This document shows, one piece after another, positions 12,598-27,268 of a DNA stretch of 64,000 nt. The stretch comes from Octopus vulgaris. Its lineage: Eukaryota. The DNA is taken from the NCBI GenBank assembly GCA_951406725.2, contig OX597816.1, positions 129,146,001 to 129,210,000 of the forward strand, written 5' to 3'. A program made the translations under genes and the position numbers. The notes beneath the pieces are model-generated. The model ran no database searches, had not been told where the DNA came from, and saw only the letters and a program-made list of their open reading frames with translations. The number at the start of each line of letters is the position of its first letter. Position 1 is the first letter of the stretch.

Positions 12598-13045
12598 AAC
12601 AAGCAAAGAAGCTAGTTAGAAAATCTCTCTAAGAGATGGAAATAGTAACTATACTGAGAAGTAATGTTTGTTTCCACTTCAGCATGGCTATTCTGTATGA
12701 ACCGATGTTATTACCATTTTTTAACCACAAGAGGATGTGTCCTCTGGCTGGTTATTGGAGTGAACTACTACTATCTCTAGTGAACAGGTATTCACCACTG
12801 AGGATGGGCAAAAATAGCCTGTCAAGTCACTAGAAGATGGTAGGGCCTCATACCCCTGCTTGCAATATATATTGGGTGCAGATTACATCGATAACCAGCT
12901 AGAAGCTTCCTCTTGGGGTTGAAAAATGGCAGCAACGTTGGTTTGTACAGAACCGCCTTGTTGAAGTGGCAACAAACATTACTTCTTAGTATAGCTACTA
13001 TTTTCATCTCTTATAGAGAATTTCTAACTAGCTACTTTGCTTGTT
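12598..13045. repeat. Fold-back inverted repeat, ~160-bp arms
   Basis: 12598-~12760 is the reverse complement of ~12885-13045; ORFs 12636(+) and 12822..13007(-) encode similar peptides. Confidence 0.9.
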
Positions 13046-14236
13046 ATATGTATGTATGTATGTATGTAATCTCCTTACTCATCTATAGAGGGAACATCTC
13101 CGAAACCACTTTTACTTATATTTTCAAATAACCACAATAGCTTTTAGTTATAGTTAATACCTAACTGAACTCATATCTCTTCTTCTCACAAGGACAAATA
13201 TGAATCTCCTAGATTTTATTCTGCTATTTCCTTTCTCAAGTCCTTTGTAAAAATTTTGTTTATACTCCTTGCATGGAAGAGTACATTGATATATAATTGA
13301 TTTAATTAATTAATTAATTCAATTCAACCATGAATTTGCATGATTTTTATATCTCTGTACGAAATGATTGTCTGCATGAATTACAATTCTCTTATATATT
13401 TTAACATCTTCTCTTTTCCATTTTTAACAAAATTGTTGAGTTTTACGGGATTTCTTTCCATAAATTCACAACACATCATGTACAAATATTATTTTCATAT
13501 TCACAAATTTACACCTGTAAACTACCAGCAAAATATGAAGAATCAATATTAGAAGTCTTTTGGGGAAACCTCCAAAATAGAAGACGAATCTAATTCAACC
13601 CTTTTACTCTTATGTATATATGTATTTAGATGGTTTGACCAGAGCTGACAAGCCAGAGAGTTGCACCAGGTTCCAATCTGATTTGGCTTAATTTATATGG
13701 CTGGAAGGGCATCCAGCCGTAGAAATCAAATCAAATCAGGCTGGAACTTGCTGCAGTTCTCCAGCTTGTCAGCCCTGGTCAAACTGTCCAACCCATGCCA
13801 GTATGGAAAACGGATGTTAAAAAATGATGATGAGGATGATGAGGATGATGACAACAACAACATATGTATGCATGTATGTGTGTGTGTGTAAGTGGTTGTA
13901 AAGGAGCATCACTGTCATACAAATGATGTTGTTCATTTCAAGCCTTCCAGGAAAAGCATGTCTGTTTATGGAGAAGTATTATTACCTTGATTGGAAATAG
14001 GTAAAGATTGGTGATGGGAAGAGCATCCAGCTGTAAAACAAAGCCTGCATCAACAACAAATTCCACTGCTCCATGCCCTGAAGAATTTTTAGTCAAATGA
14101 ATCAACCCCAGTACCTTGTTTTTTAAGCCTGATACCTATTCTATTGATCACTCTTGCCAAACCACTAGGTTACAGGGACATAAACACACGAACACTGGTT
14201 GTTGAGTGGTAGTTGGGGACAAATACAGACACAAAG

Positions 14237-14273
<37 letters not shown>

Positions 14274-14503
14274 CACACATATATACATACAATTGGCTTT
14301 TTTCAATTTGCATCAACCAAATCCACTCACAAGAGCTTGCTCACCCCAAGGCTATAGTAGAAGACAACTTGCCCAAAGTGCCATGCAGTGGAACTGAGCC
14401 CAGAACCATGTAGTTGGGAAGCAAGCTTCTTACCACGCAGCTATGCCTATGCCTATACATACATACATACATACATACATACATACATACATACATACAT
14501 ACA

Positions 14504-14593
<90 letters not shown>

Positions 14594-15849
14594 ATTAATA
14601 ATATCAGGGTAAGAAAACTTTTAGAAATTTTTACTACCAGTGGCCTAGCATGTAGAAAAGTTAGTCAATAGACTATATATTATTCATATAAATACAGTGT
14701 ACTTTTAAACACATAAGAGGTATCAATCATAGGATACCTGGCATGCTAGAAGGAATATATACGACGGGCTTCTTTCTGTTTCCATCTACCAAATCCACTT
14801 ACAAGGCTTTGGTCAGCCTGAGGCTGTAGTAGAAGACAGTTGCCCAAGATGCCACACAGTGGGACTGAATCCAGAACCATGTGGTTAGGAAGCATGCTTC
14901 TTACCATCTTACGACACATCCATCCCTGCGCCTATATATATATATATATATATATGCAACATGATTCTTCACAAGACATTAGTTGGTCCCTGGGCTATAG
15001 TAGGAGATACTTGCTCAAGGTACCACATAGTGAGATGAAGCCTGAAGCCACCCGGTTGTTGCAAAGCGAATTTTTTCACCACACGAGCGAGCCTATACTT
15101 CACAATCTATAGGGGAAAAAAATCAATGAACTGTTTGGTTCAAACAAAAATACCTTGTGGTATTTATTTGCACAGACACTCCTTTATCACTATTGCTGTC
15201 ATAAATGTAGTGAACCAGTGATTGACTCATTAGAAACCTATATCTAATGATGCTATTGTTCTGAAAATGTAAGACATGATTTGTTTTCTTTAAAGTTAAA
15301 ATAAAATCTATCCTGGCCTATTTATAAATACTGTGACTACATTAACAGAGTTATTTTAGTTTATTCATAAATGTTATCACTTATTACCATGAAACATATT
15401 CGGAGCTCATTATAAATACTGTGACAACATTTCAACAATTTTACTGTGGCCTATTTATAATTATTTTCTGTAAACATATTGTGGCTCGTTTATCAATCTT
15501 GTCAAAACATTATCAGTGTTATACATGTTTTGATATATTCCATAATTATTGTCACATTATCAATAGCATGTATTCTAGTTTGTTTATAGTATTAGCAGTA
15601 CTTTCAGGTCTATTTATAATACTAACAGTAGCAGGGAAATTCTATAGCTTTTATTGAAAACAATAAAATTGCTGGAACTTTATAGAGAATCATGAAATAC
15701 AAAATTTATTTTGAAATTGTAGTTTTCCTAAGTTATTAGGTTTTTGAGATTTTGTGAAGTCAACAAAGACTATATTGAAGATGCAGTCATCAAAGAAAAC
15801 ATTTGTCACTTCTACCTTTAGAGTTGTTATCTATTATTTTTATCTTTAC

Positions 15850-16310
15850 ATCAAGACTTACTGTAGAAGCCCACAAGATTAGCCACCATCTTCCAACAAC
15901 AACTTTGGTCACCATTTTTAATTCAATACTTTTACCACTTATGGACATGCATATAAAATAAAAAAACAGTGCAGCACCCATGACTTTCAGAAACATTTTC
16001 TGAATGGTAGATGCATGGAATAAACTATCTGTATCAGTTGCTAGCTGCCAGGGTACTGCATCATTCAAAAATTCCATGCTTCCTGAAATTTGCCAACATT
16101 ATTCTTCAGGTGCCTGTACACAATTTCCTCTTTATGGCTCTTTTACTGTTAACTTTTCATCTTTTTGTGTTTCTTTGTTTGTTGTGCATGCAGTTTTAGC
16201 TTTCACTGCTGTCTTTCTCAGCTTAACTTACTACTAATTTCTGTTTCCTCTTATACACTTTTGCAAAACACTTGAACACTGTATACAATAAGCTCTATTA
16301 TAATAATAAT
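15850..16310 (+). mobile_element. CR1-clade LINE 3' remnant
   Basis: GHAYKIKKQ...VDAWNKLSVSVASCQGTASFKN matches the CR1 ORF2 end (GH..KL...VV..WN.LP..VV...S..FK); followed by a UTR, AATAA and an AT-rich trinucleotide tail. Confidence 0.75.
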
Positions 16311-16311
16311 A

Positions 16312-17976
16312 ATTATTATTATTATATTTCCTTTGTAACACAGTGAGGTGAAAATGCACTGAAGTCTTTATTCATCTATCAAGTCACAACAAGGACATCA
16401 GACAGATAATACTTTCCTTAAGATGTGCACTGTGCCCAATAAGGCTGCTTTTTGCAAGACATCAATCTTGCATGGGATTTCCAGTTACCTTAAGAAGTCT
16501 TGAAGTTTTAATGGGATTGAGCCCAATGCTCCGATCCACCACTGATATCACTTTTGCATTACCCTCTCACATTCCATACAGTCTTGCCATTTCCACTTTT
16601 AATTCAGAGTACTTGGTGATTTTTTCAACCTCTTTACTTACAACATTCATGTCATTTGGTATGGCAACATCAATGATCTGACAATATTTGTTTCTCTTAT
16701 TCAATATGACAATATCCATCCGACGATGTTCAATTACACAATTTGCCTGAAAATATAATCCCAGAGTATTGTTACTTTTCCATCCTCCTACATAACTTTA
16801 CTTGGTACATGCTCATACCAGTTCTCTGTTATTTCATATTGGTATTTACGGCATAAGAGCCAATGAAGATACACATTTCTGGATGTCAGAAGTTTTATAG
16901 ATGTTATACTTCACTGAATTGGTAGCGAGAGCCTAGTCTTGTGCAGCAATGATCAGGCTTTCAGTGGTACACTTCAAATCACCTCGCTCAAGCCATGCCC
17001 ACAATGCTGTATTATCCTTAACATCCTGTGTATTCCTTTCAAACTGTCCATACATTCTCATTTCAAGAAGGACTTCTTTTTCCTTCTCCTCAGCTCTTTG
17101 TTTAAATTCTTCCTTGTCCATCATTACATCTGCATTTACACCCATATCGTTAACAGCATACTGCAGCAGGTCTTCATCACTATTTATCAAATACTCAACA
17201 AGCATTCTCCTTTCACTCCTTATACAATGGTCTACACTAATTAGTCCTCTGCCACCACTCTTTCTTTTCATATACAGTCTGTTTATGCTTGGTTTAGGGT
17301 GATGTGCCCCATGCAGCATCATCAACATTTTCGTCCTTCTATCCAGTGTCAACATTTACTCCTTAGTCTAATTGAGGATGAATGCACTATATCTGACCAC
17401 CGCAACTGCCCTGATATTCATTGTGGTAATCAAATTTTTGGCATTCAGGTTAGATTTCAACACCATCTTCATCCTTTTTTGATACACCTTGCTGACCTTC
17501 ACTTTCATTTCTCTGCGTAGAATGTCATCCAGTTCCCAAATCCCTAAATATCTATATCTATACCCACTACCGTCAGTCTGTTTTAAGGAATCTGTCTCTT
17601 TTTCATTCTTACTCAAAAGCTTCAGATCATCCATGTAGAGTAAGTGGTTAATTTTTCCATTACTATTTCTGAACTGATATCTTGCCTTTGCCTTCCTTAA
17701 TATTAAACTGAGTGGGATCAAATGTATGACAAATATTAAACAAGTACCTCCTTTCTCTTTTGATATAAACTTCCCCTCAGAGTGTGTCACCTGAGTAGAG
17801 ATCTAATTTCCATTTCTTCATGCAACAAATAATTAATCCTCTTATATTGTCTGTTATATTGAATATACTCAAACATTCACTTATCCATGAGTGTGGGGTC
17901 ATGTCAAAGGCTTTCTTATTTACCCATGCTATTGTTAGATTTTTCTTTCTAGCTTTTACTTCATTTGAAACTAACA

Positions 17977-17977
<1 letters not shown>
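16312..17977 (-). mobile_element. R4/Dong-clade non-LTR retrotransposon (RT plus restriction-like endonuclease), frameshifted, 5'-truncated
   Basis: KAFDMTPHSWI, INHLLYMDDLKL, YRYLGI, RLYMKRKSGGRGLISV, TESLIIAAQD, then the RLE region DIVILNK..CQIIDVAIP..EKITKY..VIGALG..LQKAALLGT.HILRKVL; short 3' UTR and (TAA)n. Confidence 0.9.
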
Positions 17978-18041
<64 letters not shown>

Positions 18042-18057
18042 CATCATCATCATCATC

Positions 18058-18089
<32 letters not shown>

Positions 18090-18128
18090 CATCATTATCA
18101 TCATCATCATTATTATTATTATTATTAT

Positions 18129-18189
<61 letters not shown>

Positions 18190-18230
18190 GCTGCTACTAC
18201 TACTACTACTACTACTATTATTATTATTTA
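17978..18230. repeat. Compound trinucleotide microsatellite (TTA)n/(TCA)n/(CTA)n
   Basis: Seen directly. Confidence 0.95.
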
Positions 18231-18922
18231 ACTAAAGGTGAACACACTCTAAAAAACAGCTACAGACAATAGTTCACGAGAAAATATTGGCTCACTTCTT
18301 TTTACCATTCCTTTGTGACTTTGTTATTGAAATTATTGAAAATGTGTTGAGAAAATAACGTATACTGTAAATGCCTTAAGCAATCTTAACTATGAAATGA
18401 AATGGAAGACATAATCTATCAATGATTTTATTCTGCTACATTACAACTACACACATACATCATACACATATCGTAGGTAATACTTCAACAAACCTTCAGA
18501 CACTGCACCTCCTCCTTATTTTACTATCAAGTGAAAAGTGCATAAGACTAGACTAAAAACCACATTCACAATAAACACAGTTACTACTCCACCGAGATTT
18601 ATGTGAATTAAAAAAAAGATTAGTAACATACATACATATAAATGAGAAGACACACATAAAACAAGGCATAAAAATCTGCCTGTATACATACATACATACA
18701 TACATACATACATACATACATACATACATACATACATACATACATACATACATACATACCCTGTTGTTGATGTTGAAATTCCAATGAAGGAGCCTTGGAT
18801 CTAAGTTAGAAACCGGCTCTTTCTCTGTTGGCAAGAAATCTTGAAATAAACTGAATAATGACATACATACATATTTTGAACTCTATTTTCCCTGTCTACA
18901 TCACCAAACCTACATATATATA

Positions 18923-18970
<48 letters not shown>

Positions 18971-19105
18971 TCTTAATTTAAATTATTTATTTCCCAATCA
19001 CTTGTCTTAAAAATAATATTAAATGTCATAAATGCTGTATCTCTTAAATTCTGTCTTCAATTTCATACTAGATTTTATAGGTCAGTTTTTCTAACAAATT
19101 ATATA

Positions 19106-19164
<59 letters not shown>

Positions 19165-20099
19165 CATCCATTTTTGTGTATGTGTTTGTCCCCCATCCCC
19201 ATTGCTTAACAATTAGTATCAGTTTGTTCATGTCATCAGTAATTCAGCTTTCAGCAAAAGTTACTGATGTAATAAGTATCAAACTTTAAAAATTAAATCC
19301 TAGGGTCCATTTATTTTACTAAACCCTCCAAGATGGTGCCCCAGCAGAGCTGCAATTCAATGACTGAAACAGGTAAAAAATAGAAGATAAATTATAGATA
19401 ATAAATTATAACTTTTGATTTTGTTCCATGCAATATGTTGTATATATGGACCATAACAGAATAACAACAACTATTATGGTATAATTGATGTGACATATAA
19501 TGGCATATTCTAAATATTTTCACATTATTACTATAACACATATTCTTGTATATTCATAAGTACTAATTAGTATCCATGGAAATTTCACAGTTATTTTGAA
19601 AATTGCATGTTGTAATTGTATATTTTTCTGAAACATTTGATTCTTGAGATGTAAAAATCCACAATCAATCAATCATTCAATCAATCTATCTATCTATCTA
19701 TTTACCCATCTATCTATCTGTCTGCATATCTATCTACATATCTACCTATCTATCTTACTGTCACAGTGCTAACATATTCTATCCTTCTCTCTTTCTTTCT
19801 CTCTCTTCACTAACCACTTGACAGCATCTTAGCATAATAACTATTACAATCCCCACTGCCTTATGTCACTAATATTCTCTCCCTCTTTTATTCTTGCTCT
19901 TCGCCTTTTCCTTCAGCTAATCAGGTGACAGTGTAACGAAATTGGGTGTAATGTATTAACATATACACATTCATAATATTATTGTTGTTACAAATTCTGG
20001 CTTATTTTTAAATATTATTATTATTGTTATTATTATTTACTCTTTACTCTTTTACATGCTCACATAATAATTTGGCATTTAAGTGGAGCATTGAATAAA

Positions 20100-20989
20100 G
20101 AGTGATCAGCTTAAATTTGACATTTTGCATGATAGGAAAATAAAATACACTATCCCATCCCAAATTAAGTGTTTTAAAAAATCAAAAAATATCAATTAGA
20201 TTATGGGTAGGAGATAACAGTTTACTCAAAGTAGCCACCCACAGCTTCCACCACAGCCTCAAGACAGCTCCAGAACCTGGTGCATATATTCCTCACTGTG
20301 TCCCTCGGAAGATCTTTGAATACCTCCTTAATCTTAGCCACCAGTTTGGCCTTGGTGTTGCAAGCAGTGTGGTTGGTCTCTTTCTCAACTGTGCCCCACA
20401 CATGGTAATCCATGAGATTACAATGAGAGGAATTAGGAGGCCAGAAATTGGTGGGTAGTGAAGTTGTAGAAATTCTCCTACAACCACTTCTTACTCTTCC
20501 TGGGTGTATGACAAAGAGCTAAACCCTACTGCCACACATATGGCCTTCCAGTAACAACCTTCATCAGCCAGGGATTGACTACAATCTCCAGCAGCTTCAC
20601 ATAGCTATCTGAATGAGCCTAAGGCCCTGTTCAAAGATTTAGAGTGGCATGACATCACCCTCACTGGAGCCACACCCAAAAAGTCCATTATAGTGTAGGG
20701 GAACTTGGTTTTCATATGTGGGACATGTCTTACTGCTTTTACTGTGTTCACAGATCATAGAACAACTGTCACCAAGTCAGCATTTTGATACCCAGCATGA
20801 ATCATCATGATGCAAGTAACTCTTTTCCAATATTCAGATGGCTTCCAGTCCTCCATCAGCTAGCTTTTTCTTAACTGCAATTTTAACATTTATACTCTCC
20901 AATACTTTTGACTTTTAACCAATAAATTGAGCTATTCCTGAAAAAAAAAGGAGACATGAAATTTGTCCAATTTACCCATACACCCTGTA
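20100..20989 (-). mobile_element. maT (DD37D) Tc1/mariner-superfamily transposon remnant
   Basis: WPPNSSHCNLMDYHVWGTVEKETN...LEAVVEAVGGYFE; terminus caccctg+TA at 20981-20989; combining with the 22.7-kb copy gives about 37 residues from QQD to the last D. Confidence 0.8.
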
Positions 20990-21759
20990 TATACACTGAA
21001 TCTCAAAATAATAGTTGAGATGGTTACAGTTGTAATGTCTTTGATCATACATTGGTCTGCTTGATCAGGACAGTCCTGGGGTCAACCAACAAGAGTAAAC
21101 AACAAGCTGCAGCCTTTTACAGTGCCTTGCTGTGGTTGTTGTTTAAATTCAGATCAACCCTTATTCAGCAGACCCATGACAAAAGATATAATTATGCCAT
21201 CTTTTTAGGGGTTATACATAAATATGCTATTTAATGTGTCCTCTCCTTTTTTAAGACCTTAGGATGTGGTTCAAGAAAGATTTGACTGCTATTCTAGCAG
21301 GTGAAAATGAATACACAGAGGCTCCCTTATGCTAGTATTTATCAACTTTGCTCACTGAAAGCAAAACAAAATCAGTACTGGTAGGAATAGAACTCATGAT
21401 ATAAAAGAATGAAAGTGAACTGATGTTTAGTCCAAAGCTCTACCACCTCCCTCAGTAACACTGCTATTATATTTATAAATATCATACGACTGTAACATAT
21501 ATCTTAGATTACTGGAAATAGCTTACATTCTAACATTATTATCATCAACGTAATATATTGTTCCTTCTTATTAAGACAAAAAGTCTGAAACTTTATGGAA
21601 TGAGAAATTGAGTGGGGTGTTATATTCATGTATTTCTCAAGGGTATTAGTGACATAAATAAAATGAAAAAGAATCAACAGGGAATTGAAACAGTATATCT
21701 CACTAAACTTGGTAGAAGCTTACTTTTACCACCAGTATATATATATATGTAGACACCCC

Positions 21760-21815
<56 letters not shown>

Positions 21816-22739
21816 CATACATACATCTATATATGCATATTTATATATATATATGATAAGCATTGTTGCTATGCCAACCAGTCTGATTAATAGTTATATA
21901 TCAAGAGTGATAATAGTGTTATCAATTCTCAGCATTCCAAACTAGAGTCCAAACAAGCACAAGCAGCAAATTAAACACCTAAATATCACAATAACATCTA
22001 TAGTAGTAGCATTAAATGTGTCAATAGTAAACCTGTAATAACAGCTTATTATGAACACCAGTTGTATAAAATACATCATAAAAGAAACAACTACAGCAAC
22101 AGCAGAAAAGAAAAACATAATCACCAAAATGCAAATTTGAATTAAGGACATAAAGAACCTTAACTAAATCCTTGGATTGGCCACAAGACTACAAACATTG
22201 TGGAAATGATAAAGCACTGACACTTTAACTTTTTGTGTGTCCTGGACATACTTCAAAGGTGTCCATATGTTGGTGAAGCATATATGATATACATTCCCAG
22301 CATTTTTCAACCACCTGGATAACTTAGAACTTCTAAAAGGCCCTGTAAAATGGTTGAGTCTTGTTATTGTTTGACATACCCCACCCCAGGCCAGTCCTGA
22401 TCAAGCAGACCTATGTATGATCAAAGACATTACCACTGTGACCATCTCAACTATTGTTTTGAGATACAATGTATATACAAGGTGTTTTAGGGCTAAGTTT
22501 GATGATTTTTTTTTGTCTTCTTTTTTTTTCAGGAACAATTTGATGTACTGGTGGACAGTCAAAGGTATTGGAGAGCATAAAGATTAAAGTTGTAGTTGAG
22601 AAAAAGTTAGTCAGTGGAAGACTGGACACCATCCAAATACTGAGAAAGAGTTACTAATATCGTAATGATTCTCACTGAGTATCTAAATGCTGACATGATG
22701 ACTGATGCTCCATGCTCTGTGAACACTGTAAAGGCATCC

Positions 22740-22985
22740 CACAAATCATCAAAGCTGTGATGGACTTTTGGGTGTATCTCCAGTGAGGGTGATGTTATAT
22801 CATTCTACATCTTTTAACAAGGCCTTAGGCTTAATTCAGACAGCTATGTGAAACTGTTGGAGATTGCAGCCAATCCCTGGCTGGAAGAGGTCATTGCTAG
22901 AAGACCATACATGTTGCAGCAGGATTCAGCTCTTTGCCATCCCTCAAGAAAAAAGTCAGAAGTGATTGTAGGAGAATTTCTACTA
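22740..22985 (+). mobile_element. Second maT transposase fragment, inverted relative to the 20-kb copy
   Basis: GCISSEGDV..QGLRLNSDSYVKLLE..PWLE..RPYMLQQDSALCH..ENFY. Confidence 0.8.
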
Positions 22986-23807
22986 AAAGTCTGAAAACAA
23001 GAATTGACATTTAAGACAAACTTATGAATATAAATATGCTGTGGATAACTGAAGGGTTAAAAAATAACATGAGTAGAGCTTTCTGGTACTAACTCAAAAA
23101 AGCCAATTCAGATACTTTTAACCAGTCAAACTCAGCTTCCTAAAAGTTTTCCTAACCTCTATTTCTCTAGGGTCATCCACTCACTAAAATTTGAGCCAAT
23201 TATCTTATCACTTAATATAAATGTTACATAAATTAACTATGGTCATGCTTTCACTAATTATTTTAGGTGCCTATGGAGTCATGAGAAAATATAGACACTC
23301 TCTTAGTTCTCCTACTCATAATTCAATGGAACAACCAGGGTGAAACAGCTGGAGAAGGAGAGAGGTACACCAGCTGGTACTCACTTTAGCTGAGTAGACA
23401 AGAAATGGAATGAAGTGCCTTGCTCACAGATATAATATGTTACCTACTCCAGAAATTGAACTCGTACACTTATAGCCACAAGACCAACATCCTAACCACT
23501 AGACCACACATTTTCACATCACCTTTTTAGTTTCAGTTCAAGGACTGCAGCCATGCTGGGGCGCCATTTTATCCATTCTCCAAGTATGAAATATTTAACT
23601 TTTTGTAATTATATTTCTAATAGATTGTCAATGTGCTTCAATTCATTTTGAAAAATAATCAAGAATTTGGAAGGATTTAGTCAGATAATTCCCTTTTACA
23701 TTTATTTACATCTATTTCTCTATCAACCTGGGGTTTGAATTATAAATTAAACAAAGGATCTAACATTAAATTATTGCAGAAAGTTTTAATTTAGATATGG
23801 ACACTCA

Positions 23808-23873
<66 letters not shown>

Positions 23874-24012
23874 AAATAAGCAACAAGGATATCCAGAGGT
23901 AATGCAGTACGATCATTTCATGCGACTCCATTTAATTGAACAATGCAAACATTACATCAATTTAAAATGTAGACCAATTTATATATATATATATATATAT
24001 ATACATACATAC

Positions 24013-24079
<67 letters not shown>

Positions 24080-25844
24080 TGTATCTTTTTATCTTTTATT
24101 TGTTTCAGTTATTAGGCTGCAGCCTTGGAGAATTTTGGTCAAATGAATTGACACCAGCTCTTATTTTTTGTAAAGCCTGGTACTTATTCGTTTGTTAAAC
24201 TGCTAAGTTTCAGGGATATAAGCATACCAACACTGGTTGTCAATTAGTAGTGGGAGAAAAACATACACACACACACACAACAGACTTCTTTCCATCTACC
24301 AAATCCACTCACAAGGTCGTAGTATTTGATAATTGCCCAAGGTGCCATGCAGTAGGACTGAACCTAGAACCATGTGGTTGGGAAGCAAACTTCTTAATAC
24401 ACAGCCACATACAGACAGACAAACAGACAGAGAATTGATCTCAGGCAGGTTAATATCAAAAGATTTAATTCAGATTTGTTGTATTTGAACTTCAGATCTA
24501 TATTATCCACATTTGCTATTACCAAACACCAATTCTTCTGTGTTTATTTGTGTACCTACTTGATGTGCTGTGATGTGCATCAAGTGAAGTCTATATACTT
24601 TGATTTCTGGTTTCTTGAAACTGTTAATGTCTCTCGATGACAATGTCTCTATCCTATACTGACATAAAAAAAAAAACAACTTTGTTTTTCATTTACAGAG
24701 TCTAAATATATTTAAATAATAGCCTTGAGAGAGTTTTAATTGATGTTGTTGCGATAGATTTGGCACAAATAAATTATAAAGATTCACTCTTCCATAAGAT
24801 GACAGTTTTGATAGTAATTATAATAATATAATGAGCTTGTATTTACCATGAATGAGAGAACATTACGAAAACAAATTACTAAAAGAAAATATGAGGATTT
24901 ATGCAGAATCAACATTGACACAAGATCACAAGGCTTCATTGATGCTTCTATCATTCATTATGGCCTCTTAAACCTTAACACTAAAAGTCATAAAACCACT
25001 CATATTGTGAAGAACTAACTTGTTGCCATTAGAGTAGGATCACATGTTTTAAGGCCAACATTTTTGGACACCATATCCATCAATAAATTGATGAGGGCCA
25101 TGGCTAGAGATATTGATTGATTACTTCAACCAATCATTTAATTTGATAACATTAATCTGATTGGAACTTATGAACTGCTGCCCGAGATTACAGGACAACA
25201 ATGACAATTTAATTTCTTTCAACAGCACAATGACATGATCACTATACACATCAAAGAAACAATCCAGTACCAGAAGTGTAGCAAAAGGTGACAGTGGGGT
25301 AAGTTGTCCCTAGATGTAGGTGTGAAGTGGGTGCAAAATTTCCTCTTGCTTATCCTCTTGTTCATCAAGGTGAGAGTGGTAAAATTGTCTTTGCCCTTAG
25401 AGCTTTGAGAACCTTTACTACATCAACATCCAGTATGTCACCTTCTCTTCACATGAACAACACTCAATGAAAATCCCCTCAAAGTATCCTCAGTTACTGA
25501 TCCTTTGCAAAACTCTAGTGTGATTTACACTGAGTTTAGTTCAAAATTCTGGGGATGTGCTACAGCTACCCAAGCCTGGTACTTAATTTATCAACCCCAA
25601 AAGGAATATTCCCACTAAAATTACCATCACCACTATCTTCCCCATTATTCCAATCAACATCATCATCATCAACTATACTATAAGCCAACACAAGAACTGC
25701 CACAATGTAGGTCAGACTACTGGAAATAGTAGCAAAATTACCCTCTATGCATTATAAAAATAACCAACTAGACATATTTAAAATGGAGAACAAAAGACAT
25801 GAATGGTCAAACATGGAATGACTTTCATCATAATTCTGTTGGAC

Positions 25845-26705
25845 AACTATCACCTATACTCTACCAAAATGAACTACCACTACCCACACTCATTTTGCTA
25901 CAATCACCATCACCACCATCACCTCTACCATTTTTACTCTATCAATATGAACTACTACTACCCACACTCACTGTGCTATGACAAACATTACAACCATTAT
26001 CATCATTGCCACCATCACCTCTATCACCTATACAATACTAACATGAAATACCACTGCCAATAATCACTGTGCTACAATCACCATTGCCACTATAACCTAT
26101 ACTCTAATGACATGAAGTACCACTAACTACACTCAATTTGCTAAAGTTAACATCACTACCATCACTACTATCACCTATACTCTACCAACGTGAACCACCA
26201 CTACCCACGCTCACTAGGCTACAACCACCATCACCACTACTATCACATATACTCTACCAACGTGAACTACTACTACCCACACATACTGTGCAACATCCCC
26301 ATCACTACCACCACTACTATCACTTATGCTCTACCAACATCAACTACCACTACCCACACTCACTGGGCTACAACCATCATCCCCACCCCCACTACTGTCA
26401 CCCATACTCTACCAATATGAACCACCACTACCCACATTCACTATGAAACAATCACCATCATTGCCACTACTATCACCTGCACACTTCCAACATGAACTAC
26501 AACTACCCACATTCACTGTTCTGCAATTACAATCACCACCATCACCACCACCTCACCGCTATGACCTATACTCAACCAACATGAAGTACCACTACCTACA
26601 CTCACCATGCTACAATCACCACCACCACAATCACCACTATCTCCTGTACTCTGTCAGCATGAACTACCACTACTAGCATTTACTTCAATGCAACAATCAC
26701 GACCA
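25845..26705. repeat. Degenerate ~70-bp minisatellite, about 12 units
   Basis: Recurrent ctatcacctatactctaccaacatgaactaccactacccacactcactgtgctacaatcacca. Confidence 0.85.
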
Positions 26706-27240
26706 CCTCTACATATTCTCATTCTACCTCTACATATTCTCATTCTACCTCTACATATTCTCATTCTACCTCTACATATTCTCATTCTACCTCTACATAT
26801 TCTCATTCTACCTCTGCATATTCTCATTCTACCTCTACATATTCTCATTCTACCTCTACATATTCTCATTCTACCTCTACATATTCTCATTCTACCTCTA
26901 CATATTCTCGTTCTACCTCTGCATATTCTCATTCTACCTCTACATATTCTTGTTCTACCTCTGCATATTCTCATTCTACCTCTGCATATTCTCATTCTAC
27001 CTCTACATATTCTCATTCTACCTCTACATATTCTCAGTCTACCTCTACATATTCTTGTTCTACCTCTGCATATTCTCATTCTACCTCTACATATTCTCAT
27101 TCTACCTCTACATATTCTCATTCTACCTCTGCATATTCTCATTCTACCTCTGCATATTCTCATTCTACCTCTACATATTCTCATTCTACCTCTACATATT
27201 CTCATTCTACCTCTACATATAATCATTCTAAATCTCTACA
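26706..27240. repeat. 21-bp minisatellite (CCTCTACATATTCTCATTCTA), about 25 units
   Basis: Near-perfect tandem array; source of the LHILILP and RGRMRIC ORFs. Confidence 0.97.
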
Positions 27241-27268
27241 GGAGAAGCCTACATGTAAGCCTCTACAT

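Noticed and set aside
24850-25260. Possible RTE RT relic (similar hints at ~22540-22640 and 51340-51560; CR1-like hint at 5880-6050)
   Set aside because: Motif similarity is too weak to support by eye
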